Below are positions 52,629 to 64,000 of a stretch of 64,000 bases of DNA, piece by piece (position 1 is the first letter of the stretch; each line of letters opens with the position of its first letter). The DNA lies in assembly GCA_024679065.1 (NCBI GenBank), contig JAGIQG010000003.1:112716001-112780000 (forward strand), written 5' to 3'. The position numbers and the translations under genes are program-made. The notes under the pieces are model-generated. The model made no database searches, was not told the DNA's origin, and was given only the letters and a program-made list of their open reading frames with translations. The stretch is from Sphyrna mokarran (Eukaryota).

Positions 52629-52925
52629 AGGGACAGCATGGTGGTTAGCACTGCTGCTTCACAGCGCCAGGGACCAGGTTTGATTCCTGGCTTGGGTCAC
52701 TATGCAGAATCTGCAAATTCTCCCCGTGTCTGTATGGATTTCTTCCAGGTGCACCAGTTTCCTCCCACAGACTGAAAAAACATGCTGCTTAGATGTACTG
52801 GACATGCTAAGTTCTCCCTCAGTGTGCCAGAACAGGTGTCAGAATGTGGCGACTAGGGAATTTTCACAGTAACTTCATTGCAGTATTAATGTAAGCCTTA
52901 CTAGTGACACTGATAAATAAACTTC
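52629..52925 (+). mobile_element. V-SINE with type B tail
   Basis: gggacagcatggtggttagcactgc...ctccccgtgtctg...gtggcgactagggaattttcacagtaacttcattgcag...ataaataaac. Confidence 0.88.
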
Positions 52926-54277
52926 AAAACACCTCCTAGAAGTGAAGTTTTATTTCCTTCTGGAACATTCCAATGGAAAAATCTGAATCAGTGCACTATT
53001 AACCTATCTCTTAAATTTATTGCTGCAAAATATTGAGTGTTCCTTCTTCAGCTATTTCCTTACCTTCATCATGGACTTGCTGAGGAAATTTGAAGCTTCT
53101 CTAGCTGAAAGGCTATTGGCTGGGATTTTCCTGCCTTGCCTGGAGGTGGGATCTTCCCGTCCCACTGAAGGTGACCCCGCCTCCCCCAGCGGCTGTTTCC
53201 CCAGGGGCCCGGCTGGCAAGTGATACAAATGACCACTGACTTTGACAGAATCGGCAACAGCCAATGGTGAGCAGTCTCTGGAAAACATGTTGTGGGAGAC
53301 TGGAAAATGTCAGCCAATATGTTGTCTTTATTAAAGAAACCTCTGTGTTTGTCTTTCTCAAAAGTGTTAACTGATTTTGTGATGGACTTTTGGATCACAG
53401 GATGGTCACACATGAGCACAGAAATATGAATCGGCCATTCAGTCCCTTGATCTATTCCACCCCTAAATTAAATCACATTGATCTGTACCTCAACTGTGTT
53501 CACCTGCCATTTTCCTACATCCCTCGATACCTTTACCCATCAGAAACCCATCAACCTCAGCCTTAAAAACTTCAATTAATCCAACATTTTGTGGTAGGGA
53601 GCTGGGTTGCACAATTCACAAGGTGTTGCCCTCAGAGATAATGATGTGTGGATTTTCCTAAAACTGTCGGTGGCTTCTATTGATCAGGGGTCAAAAACAT
53701 AGGAAGGGATTCTTAGTGGCAGGAGATCATGCACCATCGGCCAGTAGCAGGTTTTTTTGGCCTCGTTACTGGCCACTGTCAATACAATTTCCTATTAAAT
53801 CCCCCCCTCAAGTCACCTGCAAACCTGCAGCAGGGAGCGTGTTGTCAGTGGGACCAGAAGATCTCACTGGTGGGAAGGATGAAAAAATCCCATCTGCAAT
53901 TTCAGCCATTTTAAAACATGTTTGTTCAGTTTTTAAAGCTTTCAAAATAGCAATGAACATTGCTCATATCTTATACAAAATAGAGACAGCGTGATATCTG
54001 AGTCTGTGACACTAAGTTCTGATAATTCAGGCATCAGTCCAGTTTACAAGAGATACCTGTCTTTTGCCTGGTGGAAGAATCTATGTAGGTTGGTACATGC
54101 CAATCAATTTAATGCTCAAGGCGCCAAAACCTAAAGCTGCATATAAGAATTAATTACCGACAGTTTAACGAGAACATACAAGAAGCATTCACAATGAGAT
54201 AGATTCAAAATGAACAGAATTCACTCTTCAAGGTTCTTAGTATCAAGACTTGTACACCAGAATCTCATTTATTTGCA

Positions 54278-54595
54278 TTCACAGAATTCCTACAGGGCAG
54301 AAGGAGACCATTCAGCTCATCGAGTCTGCACCACAATCCTACTAAGACCCTAATCCCATAAACCCTCATATTTTATCTTGCTAATGCCTTTGGCACTAGG
54401 GTTAATTTAGCATGGCCAATCACATAACCCCTCTCATCTTTGTACTGTGGAAGGGAACTGGAGCACCTGGAGGAAACTCACACAAATACAGAGAACATAC
54501 AAACTCCACACAGACAGTGACCCAACACCAGAAACAAATCTGGGACACCGGCGCTATCAGCCAGCAATGCTAACCACTATGCCATTTTGCCACCC
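54278..54595 (-). mobile_element. HE1/V-SINE
   Basis: Reverse complement of the 3832-type copy. Confidence 0.85.
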
Positions 54596-55751
54596 TGTTC
54601 ATTTCTTCTTTTTATTGCAAGTGTATCTCATACTTTGCACTTGAACTCAGATATGGGATTTTGCATTCTGAGGAGCCTGGAAAAACAAAACACATAAAAA
54701 CCACACCATGATACCAAGCACAGGACTTTACCTGCAGTTTCAGCACCCTGCTGTCAGGGTCAAATGGGGATCAGAATGGCACACAATCTGAGGAATAGCA
54801 ACTCACTCATCTGTGATCTTGGCTAATTAGTGGCCAGAGGAGCTTGTCTGGTTCTTGAAGCTAAAGGGTCAATAGGAAGCTGTCTAGCTCTGAAACATAG
54901 TAGGATGTTCTTACAAGTAAACGAGGAAGAGGGCATCCAAGTTAGAGGCTCCAGCTATCCAACATTTTAAAATCTAAAATAAAAATGCCTTTCCAGCCTG
55001 GCCAGCATCTTCATCAGGTGTGGTGTTCCTGTAAGCTGCCCTGTTCCCTGCCACTTGCAGAGGCCTGCAGGCTGACTGGAAATCCCAACTGGCCTTCAAC
55101 AATATACCTCAGGAGATCTTTATTCATCTTAATTGAATGCCCCTCTAGTAACGGCAGGTAAACCTGCTGCAACGTCCTCCCGCATTCCACTTGCAGGATG
55201 GATCTAGAGAATGGCATGCCAAGAATAGCACAAAATTCAACACTCGCCTCTACACTTGTCCTGTTGTGCGCTAAAAAAAAAATCAATCCTGTGACCTTGT
55301 TACAGAATGTTAAAATAATCCAAGATGAGTCAGCAAATCAATCTAAAGTATCCTTTGTTCTTTCTAAATGAGAAACTATCCAAATCAATCCTGGCATCCA
55401 CCAGGATTCCTAAGTAAAGATATAAATTAACAGTCGAAATATTTACTAATTTTACTGTCCACTTAATACTTTACCTGTTTGAGTCATCCAAACCCATAAT
55501 ACTGCGCTAAGGCTCACTTCCCACCATATTCGGATTAGCGAGTGCATTGTTCAAGATGATGAGTAAAGCACGCCATATTTCTTATTAAGCCTGCCAACAA
55601 CACAGCATCACCTGAATAAGGGTTATCAAAAATCTTCCAGAAATGTCTGTAGCAATCATTTTGAAATTGTCCTTTGAAATGCATTCCAATACGTCATCAA
55701 CAACAACATCAAAGAGAATAATTTTGCCTTACTCCTTTTTTGATGACAAGT

Positions 55752-58700
55752 AGGGGTAAAATTTACACTTGGGAATCGTCGCACTGCTCCCCACACTTAT
55801 ATAAAATCCAACATGATGTCGTCGGGTTGGGAACCCAAGTTACCATATCGATCATCGAACGGGCACCAAGATTGGTAGCTCATCCTTTTTTTAAAAAAAT
55901 GAATTTACAAGCTATTAAGCTTGTTAACAACTCAGTAGACTGCCTTTTTACACTGCCCATGACATTTCGCGGTGGGCGCATGTGACAAACAATCAGAATG
56001 CTTTATGCTAGATATGAGGAGGAGTTGCTAAGGCAGAAAGAAAGGCTGAAAGCAGAAATATTGCTGTATTTAGCTGGTGAAGGTGGGAGTGTTTTTCAGT
56101 GTTTTAAGTTCCTTTAATAATCTACAGTCTGAAATAGGAGATATTGTGAGGGAAAGGCATCTACAGACAAGAGTAAGCTAAAATTTATAGAATTCTCCCC
56201 CCCCCCACCCCCACCCCGCCCCTGCCCCATCTTGAACCCAGAGATTGTTGTCTACCATGGACTTTGCCCTTTCAGGAGGTGAGAGGAAGGGTATGCCAGC
56301 CAGGAAAAGGCACATTCTATGATCCAGTAATGTGAGGAACCTGCTGCTCTGGAAGGGCCTGTGAAGGAAGGACAAGAGCAACAAGCAGGCTGAAGTAGGA
56401 GAAGGCACTATTCTCCAACAAAGTCTACAGGGTTAGGGTGACTTATCTCTAAATTTCAGAGTACCAGTGTCTTTGAAGACAATGCCCCTCCAGGGAAACC
56501 ATCACATTGTTCTGTTACATGTTGAATGGAGAGATTGCTTTGAATTGTATCATGGCCACCCTTTATCTGTGGCATTGAAGGTTACAGTAGCTTTGATTTT
56601 CATTGCTTCTGGACCTTTCTAGTCATTGGCTGGGGATCTTTGCAGTCAGCAGCCCATCATTGTAAGGTTCAGCAACCCATCAAAGTTTTCAAGGTTTCCC
56701 ATGAATTTACATTAATCAATGTCTGCAACACTAGTCAAGCAGGCAGAAACCATCGTTGGATTCCCAAAAGTGGAAGAGATTATGATTTACACATGGGTGG
56801 AAATCAGGGCAACATTGGGACTGTCAGGGGATTTTGTGGACAGAAAGATGTTCCATTCGATCAATATGCAATTTGTCAGTGTTGTAGAAAAACAATTATG
56901 CAGATACATGCATGGTATTCTAGGAGCAGTCATGATTTATACATGCATAGATATTCCCAGGTACCAGCGATGTTCTGTGCACCAGAAGCTTTAGATGGCT
57001 GGCCTCTAGGAGACAGGAATTCCTGCTCAAGAGATGGTTTATGAGCCCACTCAGAAATCCACACATAGAACCTAAGAAGCCGTATAACATAGCTACGCTT
57101 CCACTCAGGCCAACATTGAGCAGATCCGGTCTGCTGTGTGTTACACAACCTGACGCTTTGTAGAGGGGAGGCCCAAAAAGAACAAGCCAGATTCTTTGAT
57201 GAGGAGAAGCCAAAGGATGAGCCTGATTATGAGGATGGTAATCTATGCCTGCTAGCTGTGGAAGCCTCAGCATTGGAGTGTTGGATGTTAGCAAGATGCA
57301 AAGATTTACCTAATTATGTGAAATGCCTTCTACTGCCGTCTTCCTTGTCCCAGCCAAGCTTCAACACCAGATCCACCTGTGAATGTTGCACAGGTGAAGG
57401 ATCAAATGAGGCTCAGAGGAGCCACATGAGCACAAACTCCAGTGTGGGAGTTTAATCAATCCAAAATCAGACCACTAATCACATGCATAAAACACCAATG
57501 AAGCAGGAGCAGAAAGTGAATACAGCAGTAATTTAGTACATAATTAAAACATCATCTTTTATATCTATCAGAACTACCCAGCCTTGTGAATCCATTTGTT
57601 GTTAATGAGGTGTTTTCTTAAATCTTTTCCAGATGCTCCAATCCAATGTACTGGAGACAGACTTTTATGCCTGTTTGTGTGGAATGACTTTGGCAGTCAT
57701 ACTCTGATTGCCTGAGCTTGCAAAGTTAGCGTCTCCTAGTGGTAGGAGTCTCATCTGCTGCCATGGCACTCTGCAGCAAGCTGCCTACATCAAAACCACC
57801 CTGAACAGTAACCACTGCTGACAACAACGAATACTCATTCATTGCCATGAGGTCCATTTGGCCCTCCCTACTTTCCTGAGAGGAATTAGGATTTAGATGT
57901 TACTCCAAGTGCCTTGTCACCTCCTTGCCTCAACTTTGGGCACCAGAGGCCAGCTTCAAGGTGATCAAATGCAAATGAGAACATAAATCCAATGTACTAT
58001 CAATGGCCTGCTGGGTCTGACCCTCTGTGACAATCACTGGTCTCTCATTAGAGAAAGCCATTTGTTCTGAAGTGCATGTGATTGCAGCATTCATGGTCTG
58101 CATGGATGCCTCCACTATCTCTGCCAGTGCACACAACCTCTCTGGAAATTCTGCCACATCTCTATGTACATCCTATATCTCATGGATGACTCCATGAGTC
58201 ATCATCATCAGCCTGGGGCCCAGAATCAAGGTCACCTCCGGCACTCCTTCAGATACTTGAACTATCTCTGAGTAATATCTTGCAAATACTACTCAAGTAT
58301 TTGCAGTAGTAGATTCTGATTGAGTTCCCTTCTCCGTGGACAAACAAATAGAGTTAAAGTGTCTTTTTTCTGAGCACTCCATTTTCAAAATCAGAATGGA
58401 GCAGGTATGTTCAGATGCTCTTTCAACTCTGATAAGACACAGCTGGCACAACAGGCACTAAGAATGTTCTTAGCTCTTGTTTCTCCAATACTTCAGTAGC
58501 TTCCAAAACAGTCTTCCAGCAATGTACACAATTCCTGAATACCTTGATGGAGAGTACACATTCCTCCGGATGCTCCAGTTTCCTCCCATAGTCCAAAAGA
58601 TGTGCTGGTTAGGTGCATTGGCTGCGATAAATTCTTCCTCGGTGTACCCGAACAAGCGCCAGAGTGTCGCAACTAGGCGGTTTTCACAGTAACTTAATTG

Positions 58701-58998
58701 CAGAGTTAATGTATGCCTATTTGTGACATTAATAAATAAAACAGCAATCAGTACCAGACTGTTTTTAAATGGGTGGCTTTGACCGACTTTCAGTTCATAG
58801 CCTGGCCTCTCCCTGGGAGCCCAATTGGCTGCACTATCCATACTTTCCTCACCTCATTGGCCACCTTCCGGCTGCTCATCTGCAAACTAGCCGTAATGTC
58901 CTTTATCCAGGATGTATAAAGGGCAGAAGCAAGGGCTGGCAGACAACACAGTTCTAATAAGCTTTCTTCACTCCAGCCAAAAATATAAAATTCATCCT
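55752..58998. mobile_element. Decayed PIF/Harbinger DNA transposon: transposase (+, ~56400-57200) and a probable convergent Myb-ORF relic (-, ~57600-58450)
   Basis: HPLSVALKVTVAL.FIASG, QSAAHHC, GFPKV, FVDRKMFHSINMQ, SSHD, DGWPLGD are HARBI1-type DDE motifs. Imperfect inverted ends aggggtaaaattta / taaaattcatcct. Confidence 0.8.
58562..58740 (+). mobile_element. V-SINE 3' half, type B tail
   Basis: tcctccggatgctccagtttcctccc...ttttcacagtaacttaattgcag...tgtgacattaataaataaa. Confidence 0.85.
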
Positions 58999-60360
58999 CT
59001 CAGTGAATTTCCTGCATGCAAGTCTCACTGAGGGAGGCTGGTTGGCTCAGTTGGCTAGACTGAGATCAGATTAATGGCAAGAACACAGGATTTGATGCGT
59101 AATCCAGAAGAGTAAACTCAGGGCTGCCTCCTCGCTCTACCATTAATAAAACGTATCACGGTTTGGTAAATAATCTTCAAGGACCTAAGATCTCACGAAG
59201 AAGAAGGCTGACTGTTCAACACAAGTTCATTATTGGTTGAAAACCTAATAAAAATGAATGGTAGCAATATAATTGTGTTTTTTCTAGAATTATGATATTC
59301 CATCATCTCCTGTGAAGCCAAAACCTGCCTTGCACATTCCTTACAAAAGCAAACTCCTACAGACGTCCAAATAATCAAATATATGCCACAACATCCCAAA
59401 ATAATTTAAGGGTGACTTTACAAATTTCTTTTTGTACATTTGAATGGTGTTCCCTGTGCATATTCAATCATTTTCATACTATACCACTTCTGGCGGTTTC
59501 ATTTTTCCTTCTTTTCATCCCTCAGTTTTCCTTTCATTTACTTGTCCTAATTTTTATTTGTCTTCATTTCCTTGTTTATTGCCATTCTATATTTTTCATC
59601 TTTTTTTTCTTCACTTGTGCATCTACTTTCTTCTTCCCAAGTGTCTAAAACCTGGAGTTATTTGTTAACATGTGCTTTGTCATATCTTGAACTTTAGTGA
59701 TACCAATGCCAGCAGCATTTTAAACATGCTGATAGCAGTGAAGACAGACATGTATTCCTATTTAACTGCTGCAGCTTATATTAAATATTTGAGCAACTAA
59801 AGCAAGGTGTCCCTGGGTTATGTGTGGTGGGGATGACTAGGAAGGTACTAGCCCATTGTCGTATCGGGACGCCATATTTAAAGAGCATCCACACATCGTT
59901 GATTGAGGAGATGGCCAGGAGTAGGTAGGGAGCTTCGGTGCCCAAATTCTGTGATGCTTCCCTGGACATCCTCCTTGATCAAGTGGAGGCCAGGAGGAAT
60001 GACCTATTTCCAGTGGATGGTAGGAGCAGGCCCAGCAGGGATACAAATCCAGCATGGAAGTGAGTCTCCAGACCTGCTGGGGCCTAGGACTGCTCTGTTA
60101 GACTGAAAAAGGATAAATGACTCATCTGTGCTGGCAGGATAAGTGGACTTTCAACTCTTCACACTCACTTCACTGAATTTTACAGGGAACATGGATCCCA
60201 ACATGATAAGATGATGCCTCACAACCCTACTGCAATCCATCTACTCTGCAGGTGGATGGGCTACTGTGGGCTCCTCAGCCTTCCACAGTGAACTCAAATG
60301 TTGTCTAGGAGAAGGCTGGGATGAGGAAGGGGCTCAGGCATTGAGTACATCTTCAAGCTA

Positions 60361-60676
60361 GGGCAGCACAGTGACACAGTGGTTAGTGCTGCTGTCTCAC
60401 AGTCCCAGGGACCAGGTTTGATTCCTGGTTGGGGAGTTACTCCCTGTTTGGAGTTAGCATGTTCTCCTTGTATCTGAGTGGGCTTCCTCCTGGTGCTCCA
60501 GTTTCCTCTTGCAGTCTAAAGATGTGCAGGTTAGGTTGATTGGCCATGTTAAACTGTCCCTTAGTGTCAGGAAAATTAGCAGGGTGAATACGCAGGCTTC
60601 TGGGGTTTGAGCTTGAGTGCAATTGTTTGGCTCAATAGGCCAAATGGTCTCCTTCTGCACTATCGGGATTTTATGA
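60361..60676 (+). mobile_element. HE1/V-SINE (followed by a CR1 tail fragment to ~60830)
   Basis: gggcagcacagtgacacagtggttag...ggccaaatggtctccttctgcacta. Confidence 0.88.
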
Positions 60677-62384
60677 AGCACCACTAATGACATGTCTCTG
60701 ATAGAGACTTCTGGATGAGTACATGGGATTTAATGGTATTGAGAGTTATAGATAGGCCTGGTAGGTATGGATATGATCGGTGCAACTTGTGGGCCGAAGG
60801 GCCTGTTTGTGCTGTAGTATTCTATGTTCTATATTTGCATTGCCTCATTGTTCTGGAAGTGCTGCCGCAGAACCCTTCTGAACAACCCACAAGGCATCAA
60901 TCAGATGGTACACAATCCAGTGGGTTTAATGTAAGAATAGAAGCATGAGAAAGATATATGAAACCCAATTGCTTTCAATGCCATCTTCTTCCTTTGTACA
61001 AGAGAAGTTAAACCTCCATGTCATCTTCATCTTTGCAAACTGCCCCAGGCCTTCTTCAGGCAAGTATTGATGCGTACATACCACATTGGTCCTGACGTGT
61101 TCTGAACTACGTGATTTCTTGCCAGCATGGACAATTGGGGTAGGAGAGCCATTCCAGTCAGGCCAACATCTGCATTCCATAATCAGGATCTAAGTCAGTT
61201 TCGTGCCGACAAGGATTGTGATCCACCATGAAGGGTGACAGCGGAAGAACTCACTGTCATTCTATGCTGCAGAAACTGACTGTTCAGCTCCTGCCATATT
61301 TCTTCCCTCCACTCCCAACTCTTCCACCACGGTCATTGAAACAACAGGGAGAAATATTAATAATATTTATACGCAGATCTTAGCCTTTTACTACAGCAGG
61401 AACAAGTTATTTGAGTGCAATTGTACATTGATATAACAGGACTCCCAAAACACAACACCACTTATGTCTTCCAATAGCCATGATTAGTTCTTCTTATACT
61501 TGGCGACTGTCCTTGAACTGTATTTGGCAAGTCTTCTGTTTAACATTCTCCCTTCAGTATGTTGATGAAGCCATTATTGAATGTACCACTGATCAACACT
61601 TACTTAGAAGCAGTTTAAACTGCTGAGTAATATATCATAGTCTGAAGGCTGAGATTTGCCAATTAGATTACAAGTGCAATTGATGAGTACAATGTGAAAA
61701 GTCATGAACAACAGAAACCATTAATATAAATGTTATAAATAGGATTATGTGATTAGGAGGTGCGTCCCACCAAGGCTTTACTAGAGTAGTATTTGAGAGT
61801 TTGTAACACATTTCTTAAAATACTTCACACAGCGTGTCTGAGAAGAAACATTATAAATTGTTGTTTCCTATTCTGCTTGCGTATTTTCTAGCATTAAAGA
61901 ATAATGTATCATGATACTGTGCCCTAAATAGAGACTAGGAATTGTTGCATGAGTACTATGCATGAGTCAACTGAGCGCCACATATGAACTTTTGAGCATA
62001 ATAAGCACATTCGGCATTTCATTGTTGATTAAAGTAACTAAGTCACCTACACCATGAACCTTCAACAGAATGGCAAGGTCAATAATGGGGACAAGAACTG
62101 TTAACAACAACAAATGGGCAAGAATCTGGTACAGTCAGAGAAGAGAGCAGGACAACTTCCGATATTCTATTTCTCTTCAGCTCTGGTGACTGTTAGACCC
62201 AGAAAAATTAAATAAATCGATTCACCACTGGAACCATTCCTACAGGGAACGGGAGAAAGGTAAAAAGTAATTAGCTGACAAAAACCACCACCTTATTCAA
62301 TGTGTCCAATACAGCAGATGTGGAAAAAAGCTGCAACAAACAGAACAGAAGTAAAAAGACATAAGGAGGGAAGAAGTTCATATT

Positions 62385-63190
62385 CCAATGCAGCAAGAGC
62401 TGGACAATATCCAGAATAGCGTCGACAAGTGCCAAGTAGCATTTTTGCCACTCAAGTGCCAGTCAATGACCTTCTCCAACAAGAGAGGATCTAACCGTCA
62501 CACTTTCACATTCAATGGCATTACCAATGTTGAATCCCCCACTCATTGTTGAATACCTAGTATCAACTCTGGGGGGTAATCATTGATCAGAAACTGAACT
62601 GGACTACCCATATAATTACAGTGGCTACCAGAGCAGGTCAAAGGCTAGGAATCCTGCAGTGACTCATTTGTCTTCTGACCTCCCCATAACCTGTCCACCA
62701 TCTACAAAGCACAAATTAGGCATGTAATGGAATACTCTCTGCTTGCCTGGATGAGTATAGCTCCAACAATGCCCAAGAAACTCAACAAAAAGCAATCCAC
62801 TTGATTGCTATTCCTTCCGCAAACATTCCCTCCCTTTATCACTGACAAATAGTGGCAGCTGTGTGTACCATCTACAAGATGCACTGCAGAAACTCACCAA
62901 GGCTTCTTAGGTATCATTTTCTAAATCGATGACCACTATAATCTAGGACAACAGCAGTAAGTACATGGAAATACTACCAACTGGGAATTTCCCTCCTGAT
63001 TTGGAAATACATCACCATTTCTTGCCTGTTGCTGGGTCAAAATCCTGGAATTCCCTCCCTAACAGCACTGTGGGTGTCCCCACACCTCAGGGACTGCAGT
63101 GGTTCAAGAAGGCAGCTCACCACCACCTTCTGATGGGCAAAATAAATGCTGGTCTAGCCAGTGAAGCCCGCATCCCAAAAATGAATTAAA
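62385..63190 (+). mobile_element. CR1-type LINE 3' end
   Basis: RT C-terminus (IYKAQIRHVMEYSLLAWM) and tail ataaatgctggtctagccagtgaagcccgcatccc...atgaatt. Confidence 0.85.
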
Positions 63191-64000
63191 AAATATAAAC
63201 CTTCTGGTCACTATTCCTGGAGCTACTATAACAGAATTAGAGTTGGAAGAGAGGTCAGAAAATCTTGAAAGAATCTAATTTATTCTGTGCCACATGCAAA
63301 TTTTTGATTAGGCTTAATTTGAGCCTTAGGAGCTTTAACTAAAAGCTGGCAAAGAGTTCATTTCAATAAGATAATAGATTGTAATATACATAATGTCCTA
63401 TAATTTTCCCAGGTGCTGAAATATGCCCTGGAAGCAGCCACATCCTGGGCTAATTTCTATCTAAAATTGTAAATTTTTACAATTTGATCTTATTTCCAAG
63501 ATATTAAAAATCAGCCTTTCTCTTAATTTCTCTTTACCCAAAGTTTTGGAAGTTGCCTGTTTAGTTCTAATGGCTTTGTTTTTTAATCAGCATTCTTGCC
63601 AAGAATTGCCCATTGCCTTCTGTGTTATTCGACGAATAACGAAGAGGTTGAAATGGAGATTGTGAAACAAAGTTCAATACATCAAAGGGAGATTTCTTTG
63701 CCCACCTTTATATATGAAGCCCCATCAACAGACCAAAGTTAGGCTTGGGTAAACCCTGATATCCAATGATTTGTTGTTGATTGATTTGTTGTTGATCCAG
63801 ATTGGTTGCATTGAATTAAACTTAAATTTAACTCCATCCAACCCAAGTCAGACTTGATAAATTACAGTACCTGAGCATGAGATTAAAAAGTATAATTGAG
63901 AGTTATTTTACCCAACTTATGTTGTGGGTAGAAGTTGTAGTGACAAGAGTCTGTGCCTTTTTATCAGGATATAGAAATGCCGGCACTGGACTGGGGTAAA

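Noticed and set aside
55474-55612. Minus-strand segment with acceptor- and donor-like ends
   Set aside because: Stops in all three frames and no evidence for a non-coding exon.
59412-59668. Hydrophobic Phe-rich ORFs
   Set aside because: Artefact of a pyrimidine-rich low-complexity tract.
61000-61480. Minus-strand motifs MAGAEQ and ILVGTK.DL reminiscent of a Rap/Ras GTPase pseudogene
   Set aside because: No P-loop, inconsistent spacing and required frameshifts; cannot be told from chance without TBLASTN.

Overview
This is vertebrate genomic DNA. The repeat content (HE1/V-SINEs, CR1/L2/Rex1/Tx1 LINEs, DeuSINE, Penelope-type palindromes, Harbinger relics) points to a shark or other elasmobranch. 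The only host gene I can support is CACNA2D3 (calcium channel alpha2delta-3) on the minus strand. Coding exon 1 is 35489-35607 and exon 2 is 35028-35109, both with canonical splice sites. Positions 1-35027 are its intron 2, and roughly 36500-64000 is upstream intergenic DNA. Almost all ORF-track entries are noise or TE fragments. The standout is a decayed Gmr1-like Gypsy LTR element in intron 2 (21769-27891). It has two LTRs, a degenerate tRNA-Pro PBS, a SCAN-type gag with a CCHC knuckle and a protease. Where integrase/RT should follow, it instead carries an intronless copy of the N-terminal coiled coil of the nuclear-basket protein TPR. Also notable: two copies of a U2 snRNA-headed SINE-like family, hammerhead-like cores in Penelope-type repeats, V-SINEs with two alternative LINE-type tails, a young CR1 with a V-domain in its 3' region, and a diverged ~360 bp duplication just upstream of CACNA2D3. 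All homology calls come from manual translation and recalled consensus sequences, not database searches. TE boundaries are approximate.
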